DNA of 56,366 bases, taken from assembly GCA_037142195.1 (NCBI GenBank), contig JBAXBA010000013.1, forward strand, positions 1 through 56,366, in the 5' to 3' direction. A model generated the notes under the pieces. That model searched no databases. It saw nothing but the letters and a program-made list of their open reading frames with translations, and was not told the DNA's origin. The stretch is from Pseudomonadota bacterium. GTDB lineage: Bacteria; Bdellovibrionota_B; Oligoflexia; Oligoflexales; CAIMVM01. Position numbers and translations under genes: made by a program. Shown in pieces: positions 11,322 through 20,998 of the stretch. Position 1 is the first letter of the stretch; the number at the start of each line of letters is the position of its first letter.

Positions 11322-12404
11322 ATGACTGTTCATAATTTCTACTCTGGTCCCTCCGTACTCCCCAAGGCCGCTTTAGAGCGCGCAAAAGCCGAGCTCCTCA
11401 ATTTTGCTGGAACGGGCATGTCCGTAATGGAGATCAGTCACCGCTCGGATGCATTCGATCAACTCATTAAAGAAGCTGAAGCTCTTCTACGTGAGGTTAT
11501 GAGAGTTCCTAAGAACTTCAAGGTTCTCTTTATGAGTGGCGGTGCTTCTTTACAGTTCGGGCTTGTACCCATGAACTTTCTTAGAGCCGGAGATTCCGCT
11601 GATTATATATTAACGGGCGGCTGGTCGGAAAAGGCACTCAAAGAAGCCAAGTCCCTGGGTCAGACAAGAGTCTCCTACACGGGAGCCTCCCATTTATACC
11701 GCCACATCCCCAAGCAAAGTGAACTAGACCTATCACCTAAAGCTCGCTATGTGCACATGACTTCAAATAACACCCTTTTTGGTACCCAGTGGCACCAAGT
11801 ACCCGATACTCAGGGAGTACCCTTAATCGCTGACATGTCGTCGGACATTGCATCAAAACCCATTGATATTACTAAGTTTTCATTGATTTACGCAGGTGCC
11901 CAGAAGAATATCGGCCCCTCTGGCCTCGTTGTGGTTTTAGTCGAGGAGAATTTCCTAGCTACCGCTCAAGACAACCTCCCCACTATGCTTAAATATAAGA
12001 CCTACGCCGAGCATGACAGTTTGTATAACACCCCAAATACATGGGGCATTTATATGTTAAGAAATGTTCTCGACTGGATTAAGTCTAACGGTGGTACGGA
12101 AGCTCTGGCCATCCGCAACCAGGAAAAGGCAGGCCTTATTTATGGCATGATCGACGAATACCCTAGCCTTTACCTAGGACATGCTGATAAAGAGTCTCGC
12201 TCTCTTATGAACATCACTTGGACCTTACCGAGTGATAAACTTGAAAAAGAGTTTTTAAAAGGAGCCGAGGAGCAAAATTTAATTGGGCTGAGTGGTCATA
12301 GATCCGTCGGTGGAATCAGGGCATCAACATACAATGCCCTTCCCCTTGCAAGCGTCGAAGCCCTTAAGCATTACATGCAAAACTTTGCTAAAGCTCACGC
12401 CTAA
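11322..12404 (+). CDS. serC: 3-phosphoserine aminotransferase
   Basis: NFYSGPS, MEISHRS, DMSSD, PLP lysine in AGAQKNIGP, GHRSVGGIRAS; ATG 11322 after aggagg. Confidence 0.97.
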   Translation: MTVHNFYSGPSVLPKAALERAKAELLNFAGTGMSVMEISHRSDAFDQLIKEAEALLREVMRVPKNFKVLFMSGGASLQFGLVPMNFLRAGDSADYILTGGWSEKALKEAKSLGQTRVSYTGASHLYRHIPKQSELDLSPKARYVHMTSNNTLFGTQWHQVPDTQGVPLIADMSSDIASKPIDITKFSLIYAGAQKNIGPSGLVVVLVEENFLATAQDNLPTMLKYKTYAEHDSLYNTPNTWGIYMLRNVLDWIKSNGGTEALAIRNQEKAGLIYGMIDEYPSLYLGHADKESRSLMNITWTLPSDKLEKEFLKGAEEQNLIGLSGHRSVGGIRASTYNALPLASVEALKHYMQNFAKAHA

Positions 12405-12427
12405 ACTTGAACACCCTTGAGGGACCT

Positions 12428-13399
12428 ATGACGTCGAAAATGTTTTCCTTTGAAACAGCAGAAAAGCACGCTGAAATGCTCTGTAATAGAGCTTTAAAAA
12501 ACCACAAAAAGCTTAAAACTAAATTTGACCGAGACCATGTTGAGGTCTTTAGAATTTATCACTGGGATATTCCGGAAGTCAGATGTGTCTTAGACTGGTA
12601 TAAAGGACACCTTGTACTTGGAGAATACACTAGAGAGCAGACGGAAGGTTTGCCCTATTTAGAAACCATCGCTAAAAAGCTTGCGGAAGGTTTTAAAATC
12701 CCCCTAGACCATATCCACCTTAAAAAACGCACCACTCGTAAAGAAGATGGTCCGAGGTATGAGCGCCTGGAGCACAAGGAAGAATACCTGGAAGTCAGCG
12801 AAGGCCATCTTAAGTTTCTTGTCAATTTGAACGACTACTTAGATACCGGTCTTTTTAGCGATCACAGAAAAACAAGAGGCCTTTTTGAGGAGGAATCACG
12901 CGGTAAAGATGTCCTGAATCTCTACTGCTACACGGGAAGCTTTACAGTTTATGCCGCCAAAGGTGGCGCCAAAACCACAACCTCAGTCGACATGTCGCCC
13001 AAATACCTATCATGGTTGGAAGCCAATCTGGAACTTAACGACCTGCAAAGCCTAAAGCATAAAACCGTCCAGGCAGAAGGTCTCAGCTTTCTTTCCGAGG
13101 CTAAAAAAAGTGGAGCCAATTGGGATTTGATATTTCTGGACCCTCCTTCTTACTCCACTTCCAAAGGTGGCAAAGAACTTCTAGATATCATCAAAGATCA
13201 TCCGTTACTTATAGAAGAATGTCTTTCTGTATTAAGGCCAAAAGGAAAACTTTACTTTTCCACCAACCACCAGAGATTTGTAGAAAATTTCGGGAAGCTT
13301 AAAAACGTGACGATAAAGGAGATTACAGCTGACTATATCCCTGAAGACTATAGCCGCCAGACACCCTTTAAGTTGTGGTTGATTGAAAGAATTCACTAG
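12428..13399 (+). CDS. Class I SAM-dependent rRNA methyltransferase, standalone RlmK/RlmI-like
   Basis: YLDTGLFSDHR, VLNLYCYTGSF, LDPPSYS, LYFSTN motifs; start uncertain (12407 or 12428). Confidence 0.85.
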   Translation: MTSKMFSFETAEKHAEMLCNRALKNHKKLKTKFDRDHVEVFRIYHWDIPEVRCVLDWYKGHLVLGEYTREQTEGLPYLETIAKKLAEGFKIPLDHIHLKKRTTRKEDGPRYERLEHKEEYLEVSEGHLKFLVNLNDYLDTGLFSDHRKTRGLFEEESRGKDVLNLYCYTGSFTVYAAKGGAKTTTSVDMSPKYLSWLEANLELNDLQSLKHKTVQAEGLSFLSEAKKSGANWDLIFLDPPSYSTSKGGKELLDIIKDHPLLIEECLSVLRPKGKLYFSTNHQRFVENFGKLKNVTIKEITADYIPEDYSRQTPFKLWLIERIH

Positions 13400-13525
13400 G
13401 ATCAAACTTAGAATGAGGGCGGCCCTCTTTGCAAGAATGGACCTCCCTTTGTAAGAATTCCATCGGGAAAGCCGAAGTCATCCATGAAGAATGGAAAACT
13501 CGCCCAGGCGAGTCCAGTAAGTATT

Positions 13526-13561
13526 AAAAAAGCTATTCGAGGGAATTCGAATAGCTTTTTT
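13526..13561. terminator. Bidirectional intrinsic terminator
   Basis: aaaaaagctattcga-gggaat-tcgaatagctttttt inverted repeat between convergent genes. Confidence 0.85.
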
Positions 13562-13580
13562 CTAATTCTAAAAATTTCTA

Positions 13581-14477
13581 CTATCTAGCTTCTTTTAACG
13601 CACTAATTCTGCTTTCTAGGCTTGGGTGAGTCATAAAAAGAGAACGGATTCCTTTGGGAGTTCCGCCGGAAATCTTAAATGCAGCTAAAGCAGAATGCTC
13701 GGTGTCTACCAATTGTGTCATGCTGCGGAGCTTTTCAAGAGCAGCGATCATTTTGCCATTACCAGCTAAATCAGATCCGCCCTTATCAGCTCTAAACTCG
13801 CGGTGGCGACTAAAGGCCATGACGATCGTAGAACCTATAATTCCAAACACGATTTCAAAGGCAAATACAATCATATGTTCCATGAATCCGAAGCCACGGT
13901 TCTCTTCGTTGTCTTTTCTCATAGCCTGGCTGATGGCAAACGCTGCGATACGGGCAAAAAACATTACAAATGCGTTCACAACACCTTGCAAGAGAGTCAT
14001 CGTCACCATATCGCCATTGGCAATGTGGGCGATCTCATGGGCCAAAACACCTTCCACTTCGTCATCATTCATGCGGTCCAACAAACCCGACGAAACAGCG
14101 ACCAGGGAGTTGGAACGTGAGGGCCCTGTTGCAAAGGCGTTGACCTCGGGGCTTTCATAAATACCGACTTCAGGCATCTTGCTAAGGCCCGCTTTGCCGG
14201 CAAGATTATATACCCTTTGTACAAGGCGCTGCGCATTACCTGTGCTGGTTACGGGATCGATAACGCGGACGCCCATCGCCCTTTTAGCCATCCACTTAGA
14301 GATAAGGAGAGAGATAAAAGATCCTCCCATACCCCAGATTAAGCAAAAAACCATAAGCGCAGAGTAATCTATACCTTTTGCTGTGATCCATTGGCCTGCG
14401 CCGGTCAATGAAACTACGATAGAAATCGTAAGCATGATCGCTATGTTGGTTGCAAAAAACAAAAAGAACCTTTTCAT
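13581..14477 (-). CDS. htpX: Membrane zinc protease HtpX
   Basis: NAFATG, HEIAH zinc motif, GDMVTMTLLQG, FSRHREFRAD, THPSLESRI. Confidence 0.96.
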   Translation of the reverse strand: MKRFFLFFATNIAIMLTISIVVSLTGAGQWITAKGIDYSALMVFCLIWGMGGSFISLLISKWMAKRAMGVRVIDPVTSTGNAQRLVQRVYNLAGKAGLSKMPEVGIYESPEVNAFATGPSRSNSLVAVSSGLLDRMNDDEVEGVLAHEIAHIANGDMVTMTLLQGVVNAFVMFFARIAAFAISQAMRKDNEENRGFGFMEHMIVFAFEIVFGIIGSTIVMAFSRHREFRADKGGSDLAGNGKMIAALEKLRSMTQLVDTEHSALAAFKISGGTPKGIRSLFMTHPSLESRISALKEAR

Positions 14478-14523
14478 AATATCCCTCCAAAAGATCTATA
14501 GGTTACTATACGTCACTTTCCAT

Positions 14524-14571
14524 CTATTACATAAACGGATATTTGAACAATTTACCATCGATTTTATAGAT
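14524..14571 (-). promoter_or_regulatory. Putative LysR (NhaR) operator/promoter upstream of htpX
   Basis: + strand CTATTAC-N7-GATATT-N10-ACCATC-N-AT-N3-ATAGAT; contains ATC-N9-GAT; second copy with identical spacing upstream of terC. Confidence 0.65.
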
Positions 14572-14589
14572 AAAGCATCCCTTTGAAAC

Positions 14590-15471
14590 TTAGAGCATTT
14601 TATCTGACATGTGAAAGTTATTCCAGACTTTTTGCGCAATAGGGTTTTGAAGCTTGCGCCGAGCAGAAATCATCCATAAGACTTCTTTAAAAGCAGGCTT
14701 TTTATTGAGTTTAACCAGATCTGAGACCTCTTTAAAAGCGGAATCCGGAATGGCTCCAACAGCTTTGCCTGACTTAATGAGTCTTTGATGTATTTCCGCA
14801 TCATGAAGCTCTGCCAAAACCCTGGAAGTTGCTTTGCCCTCAGCAACTGCGGCCTCATAGACATCAAGACCAGGGTCGTAAGGCAGCCTAAATACAAAGT
14901 TGCCCCTCAAAACAGCTTGTTCTAATGTCTCAAAATTTAAATTTCTGTGGGCCCCAAAAAAATACTCCATTTCATGTAGTTCTTTGCAAATCAAACGACG
15001 ATTCTTCTTCATTTCAGGTTTTCTATCTGAAATCAGCAAATCTATTTCATGATCTTCAAGTTTTTCTATAAGGCTTTCTTCAGTTCCTTCTTCGAGGCGA
15101 ACTGCAACATTTTCAATGGAAAAAATATAGTCCAGTAGACCTTCAGAAATCGATTTAGGAATGGAGTCTATGATACCAATCTGAACCTTTACAATTCCTA
15201 GTTTATCCCTATCGGAAAGCGAATCTTTCAATTCTTGACCCAATGAAAAAATCTCATGGGCATACTCTAAAACCTGCCGGCCCATATCTGTCAAAAAAAT
15301 ACTCTTGCCTTTACGCTCAAAGAGCTCATGCCCAATAACATCTTCAAATTGTTTCAACTGGGTAGACAAGGTTGACTGTGCTAAGCGAAGTTTTTTTGTC
15401 GCCTTCGTGACACTGCCTTCTTGGGCAATAACATAGAAATAATACAGATGATGATAATTAAGCCAATTCAT
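14590..15471 (-). CDS. nhaR: LysR-family regulator, NhaR-like
   Basis: N-terminus LNYHHLYYFYVIAQEGSVTKA...QSTLSTQLKQ typical of the NhaR subfamily. Confidence 0.8.
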   Translation of the reverse strand: MNWLNYHHLYYFYVIAQEGSVTKATKKLRLAQSTLSTQLKQFEDVIGHELFERKGKSIFLTDMGRQVLEYAHEIFSLGQELKDSLSDRDKLGIVKVQIGIIDSIPKSISEGLLDYIFSIENVAVRLEEGTEESLIEKLEDHEIDLLISDRKPEMKKNRRLICKELHEMEYFFGAHRNLNFETLEQAVLRGNFVFRLPYDPGLDVYEAAVAEGKATSRVLAELHDAEIHQRLIKSGKAVGAIPDSAFKEVSDLVKLNKKPAFKEVLWMISARRKLQNPIAQKVWNNFHMSDKML

Positions 15472-15474
15472 GGA

Positions 15475-16071
15475 TTACCCCCAAAGTGAGCCCACATATT
15501 TTGCGATCCAATCTGCCATAAAGACTAAAACTCCAAGAAGCGCCACCAATAGCCCGCCTCCCAACATTACAGCTAATCCATCTGACTCCAGGTAACCCAC
15601 ACAAAGCAGAATTATAGAAATAGCGGGCAGCACATTACCTCCTGGCGGTAAGGGAAGGCCTAAAACAACCCCCGCTAGAATGATGGCAACTCCGACTAGG
15701 CGGTCAAATAAATGGCTCTTAGGATAAAATCTTGGCTTTATAAACTTTTCAAGTTTTTCGGCATAGGCTTCCAAGCGCACAAAGAATTGGCTAGGAAAAG
15801 TTATCTTTTTCGCTACCCAACGTTCAGGCAATTTAGGCAGTCTACCTACCGTGATACTCATACCTGAAAAAATAATAATCCAACATAAAACTGAAGAAAG
15901 CCCAGGAATCGGAATAGGAAGAAGGAAGGGAGTGGAAACCACTGCAGACAAAAGGGCAAGGCCCCTGTGACCGAAGGCTGAGAGCAGAGCACCTATGGAA
16001 ATAGGGCCCTGTTGGAGAATGGGGAGAACAGTCCTCAGCTCCTCAGCGATACTTCTTCTCACTCGAGTCAT
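15475..16071 (-). CDS. exoD: ExoD-family membrane protein
   Basis: PFLLPIPIPGLS, LEKFIKPR, LPLPPGGNVLPA, ESDG motifs; several TM segments. Confidence 0.85.
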   Translation of the reverse strand: MTRVRRSIAEELRTVLPILQQGPISIGALLSAFGHRGLALLSAVVSTPFLLPIPIPGLSSVLCWIIIFSGMSITVGRLPKLPERWVAKKITFPSQFFVRLEAYAEKLEKFIKPRFYPKSHLFDRLVGVAIILAGVVLGLPLPPGGNVLPAISIILLCVGYLESDGLAVMLGGGLLVALLGVLVFMADWIAKYVGSLWG

Positions 16072-17081
16072 TCACGTCCTTTGTCTTCTGCAGGAGGAAA
16101 TAGCACTGACAATACGCCGGTTAAAAGTAACACGCCAAAGATAATCAATAAAGACCAACTAATGGGAAACTTGCCATCAAAAAGGTCATTAAGCCAAACC
16201 ATCTTCAGTCCGACAAACACCAATATGACAGCTAAACCATATTTGAGAAGGTGAAACTTTTTAATAACCCCTGCCAAGAGAAAGTAAAGGGACCTAATAC
16301 CAAGAATTGCGAATACATTAGATGTAAAGACGACAAGCGGCTCCTTGGTGATTGCAAATATCGCCGGTACGGAATCTACCGCGAAAACGATGTCGGACAC
16401 TTCAATCACAACGAGAGCCAGAAAGAGCGGCGTGGCCTTCCAAACTGAATTTTCTCTGACAAAAAAGTGACCATGATCGGTACGGGTCGACATGGGAAGT
16501 ATTTTTCTGAGCCACTTTACAAAAAGGCGATCTCCTGGGTTTGTTTCTTCGTCTTTTGAAAAACCTATCTTCAACCCCGTGAAAATCAAAAACACGCCAA
16601 ATAAGACTACAACCTCATGATACTGCATCAAAACAGCACCAATGCTGATAAATACCGCCCTAAAAAATAAGGCTCCGAGGATGCCCCAAAAAAGCAGCTT
16701 GTGCTGATATTTAGGCTGGATAGAAAAGTAGCTAAAGATGATGACGAAAACAAAAAGGTTATCAACCGCTAAAGTCTTCTCAACCACATAACCGGCAAGA
16801 AACTCGAGACTTAACTGCTTCGCTACCCCTTCAGGACTAAAGTTCGCAAGCGCCAAGAAGCGAGAGTCAGTTCGAAACTCGTGAAGTGAAAAATAGTAAA
16901 ACCCGACATTAAAAATGAGTGCAAGAGTAACCCAAACCACGCTCCAGGTAGCGGCCTCTTTAAAACCAACCTCATGGCTCTTCTTATGAAAGACCCCTAA
17001 GTCGAGTGTAATCAGACTCGCCACTAAAATTAAAAAAAGGCCGTAAACCCACCAATAGTCTGCAAATGGAAAATAGATCAT
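16068..17081 (-). CDS. terC: TerC/Alx-family metal homeostasis membrane protein
   Basis: LDLGVFH, GYVVEKTLAVDNLFVF, DIVFAVDSVPAI, FTSNVFAILGIRSLYF. Confidence 0.93.
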   Translation of the reverse strand: MIYFPFADYWWVYGLFLILVASLITLDLGVFHKKSHEVGFKEAATWSVVWVTLALIFNVGFYYFSLHEFRTDSRFLALANFSPEGVAKQLSLEFLAGYVVEKTLAVDNLFVFVIIFSYFSIQPKYQHKLLFWGILGALFFRAVFISIGAVLMQYHEVVVLFGVFLIFTGLKIGFSKDEETNPGDRLFVKWLRKILPMSTRTDHGHFFVRENSVWKATPLFLALVVIEVSDIVFAVDSVPAIFAITKEPLVVFTSNVFAILGIRSLYFLLAGVIKKFHLLKYGLAVILVFVGLKMVWLNDLFDGKFPISWSLLIIFGVLLLTGVLSVLFPPAEDKGRE

Positions 17082-17124
17082 CGTGTCTCCTCATTGTTCC
17101 TTCATAGTTGTCGCATTTCACATT

Positions 17125-17174
17125 CTATTACTAAAATAGATATTGTGGACGCTAACCATCCATATGATAGATGG
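17125..17174 (-). promoter_or_regulatory. Putative LysR (NhaR) operator/promoter upstream of terC
   Basis: Same spaced motif as upstream of htpX; palindrome CCATC-N9-GATGG; minus-strand TAGAAT -10-like hexamer at 17122-17127. Confidence 0.65.
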
Positions 17175-17619
17175 ATCTATGCCGCTATTATTACGGGATT
17201 AACCTCTAATTGTCCCTGCCGCAACAAATCCATCACGCTTCCACTTTAAGTCTGCTTTTTGTGGGTGATGCTCCCTGCTTCAACTCTAGACCGCTACCGA
17301 CCTAGAGATTGGCGCTTCAAAGACTTTGAAAGCGGAGGTAATGTTTTGCTGTAGAAGAGTCTCGCATCGGTTCCGTATCTATTGCAGTCAAAGCAGCTTC
17401 TGAACAGCGGTCATCCCCCGATTCATGATCAACTTCCCATTTACCAGCACTAGGTCTTTAACTTGAAGACCGAGCGATTATAGTAATTTCCATCAAAGTT
17501 CTGCTACATTTTTCATCCCTAAAGCTTTGTCTTTTAATTAAGCACCTCCCATTTGTGAAGTTATGTCATTTAGATTACAATTTAGAAATCGACGGATTCA
17601 CTTCAGTTAAGGACGTCCC

Positions 17620-18243
17620 ATGCAGCACAAGGTAAGACTTATTGCTTCAAGCCCCAATATGCTCGACACGATTTTTCGGGAAACGGTGATTCTTCTATTG
17701 GAAAATGATCAATATGGCGCTTTTGGTTTTGTCCTTAACAAGCCGCGAGATTTAAATCTCGACGAAGTGTATTTAGGCGAAAAGTCTTTAGGTCCCGCAA
17801 TATATAACGCATGGTATGGCGGCCCTGTAGATGAGCAACGAGGCTTCCTACTTTGTGACACTCATAGGCTTAATGAGCTTGGCATCGAGTGGAATGAGTC
17901 CGATGAGGATCAGCTGCCTATTCGCGAAGGGATTATCACAACCGCAAATCCCATGATTACCGAAGATATCATATGGCAGCATTTCGAACAGCTTACGGAA
18001 GCAGACAAAGAATTAGATCGCTTTGTAACGACATTGCCTTTTAGATTTATTTTGGGATATTCAGGTTGGAGTGCTGAGCAGCTTGATAAAGAAGTGGCTG
18101 AGGGTTGGTGGATTGAAATCCCTTGGGACAAATCCCTTATCTTTTCCACCTCACCTCAAAACATGTGGCATGAAGCCTTGAAAAGTATCGGCATCACCTC
18201 TGTGGGAAACTATATTTCCGTCACCTCGGAACTGTTGCAGTAG
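17620..18243 (+). CDS. YqgE/AlgH-family protein
   Basis: FRETVILL, GAFGFVLNKP, GGPV, GYSGWSAEQLDKE..EGWW. Confidence 0.92.
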   Translation: MQHKVRLIASSPNMLDTIFRETVILLLENDQYGAFGFVLNKPRDLNLDEVYLGEKSLGPAIYNAWYGGPVDEQRGFLLCDTHRLNELGIEWNESDEDQLPIREGIITTANPMITEDIIWQHFEQLTEADKELDRFVTTLPFRFILGYSGWSAEQLDKEVAEGWWIEIPWDKSLIFSTSPQNMWHEALKSIGITSVGNYISVTSELLQ

Positions 18244-18263
18244 ATTCTATTTGCAGATCACTG

Positions 18264-18563
18264 CTACGTGTCTAAATTCGATGTTTGGATGGTTCCGTGG
18301 GATTTAGCTGTTGTGTCCACAACCTGAGATGCCTTCATGGACGGAAACTCTATCTCTTTAAACTGTGTACTGATCAACTTTTTAAATCGCGACAATGTAA
18401 TGGGTCCCTCAGAGAGCATGGTAGCCATAGTTTCGACTACAGAAACATATTTGTAACTATATTTGGTACCTGCAAAATCCACGACTAAGCCAATTCTCGG
18501 CAACAAAGGCCATCTATCCTTTAGTTGCTTTGGCATTTTCTCTGCTTGGAACATATTAGCCAT
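18264..18563 (-). CDS. Hypothetical protein (99 aa)
   Basis: ATG preceded by aaggag; no family recognised. Confidence 0.55.
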   Translation of the reverse strand: MANMFQAEKMPKQLKDRWPLLPRIGLVVDFAGTKYSYKYVSVVETMATMLSEGPITLSRFKKLISTQFKEIEFPSMKASQVVDTTAKSHGTIQTSNLDT

Positions 18564-18789
18564 TGCGGACTCCTTTTCGTAACAAATCGACCTCAGACTC
18601 TTAGCCCCATTCCTAACAAACCTGAATAAGCTGGAAAGGGATTCATGACATTTTAAAACAATCCCTCACATCAATCAGACGTCGTTTAGCCAAAACTAGA
18701 AACAATCGTTTCTTGCATCTACACCTTAGGATAACATTAATTACAATAATTGGACAACAAACTGAAAAATAAGGGACTTGAAAGCTCAA

Positions 18790-18864
18790 TGGTGGTCCCG
18801 TTAGGATTTGAACCTAAACTAAGAGCTTCGGAAGCTCTCGTGCTATCCATTACACTACGGAACC
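18790..18864 (-). tRNA. tRNA-Arg (anticodon CCG)
   Basis: Minus strand GGTTCCGTAGTGTAATGGATAGCACGAGAGCTTCCGAAGCTCTTAGTTTAGGTTCAAATCCTAACGGGACCACCA: cloverleaf, anticodon loop TT-CCG-AA, encoded CCA. Confidence 0.96.
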
Positions 18865-19244
18865 GTAGTAAGGTTCCCATCCCACCGCAGGGATATAGGG
18901 GGGAATGCGGCGAAATGGGACGGAGAAAGTAACTTAAAATAGGAGTGCAAGACAAGAAAAAAAACTCCTCCTTTCGTGCACATCTCAATACCTCATTGCC
19001 GCTTTATTGATCAACATCCATCTCGTGAAAAACATTGAGTTTTTTGTAGCATCCGCACACCGAATTCATAATTTATCTTTCAGGCCTCAAACGTCCTAAG
19101 CGTATCAAAACCGTAAATAGGCATTATTTCATCTTCCTAAGCAGGCCTTTCATTAAAAATAAAGAGGTCTATCAATGCCCTTATCCCAAGCAAAAGAACT
19201 GTGAGAATCCAAAGGGTCACTCAAGAGCCTATTGCCACCTCTGT

Positions 19245-20138
19245 TTAGAGTTTCCAGCGATTGTGGAGCCAAAAATATTGTGACGGACACTGACGAATCA
19301 TATCTTCTACTACTCTATTAAACTGAAGCGACTGAGTGATATTGTCTTCCTTGTCGTTGCCTGTAACGACGGGATGAATTTCCTCTCCAAAAAAAACCTC
19401 ATATTTTCCTATTTCCGTCCGCCGACTCCAACAAGGCACAATGGGAGCTGGAATTTTTTTCCAGATACCAGAAAAACTTGTATTTGTTTTTGCGGGACGA
19501 CCAAAAAAAGGCAACTCAGGCTCGCCCGGCCTAGCCTGATCCATTACGAATCCTACGATTTCGCCTCTTCCGATAATGTCTCCAATCGCTCTATAGGCGT
19601 CACCCTTTTTTTCCCGCTTTATAGATAAAAAACCATTATCTTCTCGGATCTTTCTGACAAAAGCATCCGTTTTCACACCACCTACCTTTTTAACAATAAG
19701 ATGGGCCCTGCCAATTTTCCTATTTACTGCTGCTGCGCAAGCTTCCCAACTCGCAATATGTATACACAATACATAGGCACCTTGACCACGTTTCAAAATA
19801 TCCGTCAAAACATGCGAATTCGCAAATGTGACAGATTCTGAAAGCTTGCCATTTTTTGAGGCTAAAAGCTCAAGTTCCGTAAATATAAACGAGACCACTG
19901 AATTAAAACCAATTTCGTCTTTTTCTATTTTGGTATACTTATCGGGAAATGCTATATCTAAGTTCTTCAAGATGAGGCTGCGCCGAATCCGTAGAATTTT
20001 ATAGGCGATAAAACCCAATAAATAGCTCATTCCATAGACTACTTTTAAAGGCAAAACACTAAGTAGTGAAGACAATAAGGGAAGCATTAAGGAAATCCTT
20101 TGAGAGATATTTACTATTCTCTTTGGTTTTAGAAACAA
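19245..20138 (-). CDS. Lipid A late acyltransferase (LpxL/HtrB family)
   Basis: NLDIAFPD, HIASWE catalytic motif, MDQ, PFFGRPA, QYFWLHNRWK; start uncertain (ATG 20087 possible). Confidence 0.9.
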   Translation of the reverse strand: MFLKPKRIVNISQRISLMLPLLSSLLSVLPLKVVYGMSYLLGFIAYKILRIRRSLILKNLDIAFPDKYTKIEKDEIGFNSVVSFIFTELELLASKNGKLSESVTFANSHVLTDILKRGQGAYVLCIHIASWEACAAAVNRKIGRAHLIVKKVGGVKTDAFVRKIREDNGFLSIKREKKGDAYRAIGDIIGRGEIVGFVMDQARPGEPELPFFGRPAKTNTSFSGIWKKIPAPIVPCWSRRTEIGKYEVFFGEEIHPVVTGNDKEDNITQSLQFNRVVEDMIRQCPSQYFWLHNRWKL

Positions 20139-20200
20139 TATAGAAACTAAAATTCTGTTTGGACCTATGTTTACTCAATGGTTGGCCCATTTTACAAGGA

Positions 20201-20998
20201 CTAAATGCCGTAGCTTTGAATAAACTCTGGAGGCAAATTAAGACCAGCCAAATAAACTTTGGATAGCCCCTTAAATCTTACACTTAAAAAGTACTTGGTC
20301 CAATCATCACCATTCCTTAAAAGGTCCGCCCAATCGCCGTCAGCATGAACCTTGCCTTCATTAATGAGAATAAGTCGCCTTGCAAATCGGAAGGCAATTT
20401 CCACATTCGAAGTCGCAATCACCAAGGTTTTTTTATTCTCAGCTCCCCCTAGCTGTCCAATCATATTCAGAATGATCGTGGAAGTTACAGGATCTAAGCC
20501 AGCCGTCGGTTCATCGAATAATGCAATCTCTGGATCTGTGCACATTGCACGTGCAAGACCAACTCGCCTTTGCATCCCTCCAGAAAGCTCGTAGGGGTAC
20601 ATTTCTTTGGTGCGGATTAGCTTTACCGCGTTTAAAAGTTCATCGACCATCGTGCTTCGCTCGACCTCAGACTTTTCGGTCATATGCATCATAGCAAACT
20701 CTAGATTTTCACGAACTGTCATAAAATCAAAAAGGCCGCCCTGCTGAAAGGCAACGCCGATTCGCTTCATCAGAAGATTACGTTCGGCTAAGGTCGAAGT
20801 TTCCAAATTTCTATCAAAAACTTTAGTAGTCCCCCTATCAAAGGGTATTAGACCACAAATTGCTTTCAATATCGTAGTCTTGCCACTCCCACCAGGCCCG
20901 ACGATCGAGACTCTTTCGCCGGTCTTTATGGAAAAAGAAGTACCCTGTAAAATCGGTAACTCATCATAGGAAACTGACAGCGCGGTGACTTCGATCAT
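20201..20998 (-). CDS. ABC ATPase, MlaF/Ttg2A-like
   Basis: GPGGSGKT, FQQGGLFD, LSGGMQRRVGLARA, FDEPTAGLDPVTS. Confidence 0.85.
   Translation of the reverse strand: MIEVTALSVSYDELPILQGTSFSIKTGERVSIVGPGGSGKTTILKAICGLIPFDRGTTKVFDRNLETSTLAERNLLMKRIGVAFQQGGLFDFMTVRENLEFAMMHMTEKSEVERSTMVDELLNAVKLIRTKEMYPYELSGGMQRRVGLARAMCTDPEIALFDEPTAGLDPVTSTIILNMIGQLGGAENKKTLVIATSNVEIAFRFARRLILINEGKVHADGDWADLLRNGDDWTKYFLSVRFKGLSKVYLAGLNLPPEFIQSYGI

Noticed and set aside
17082..17200. yybP-ykoY Mn riboswitch before terC
   Set aside because: No recognisable aptamer; the inferred -10 leaves only about 35 nt of leader
18737..18988. Short ORFs over the tRNA
   Set aside because: Explained by the tRNA gene
18600..19240. 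Integrated element at tRNA-Arg
   Set aside because: No integrase and no duplicated tRNA 3' end found in the window
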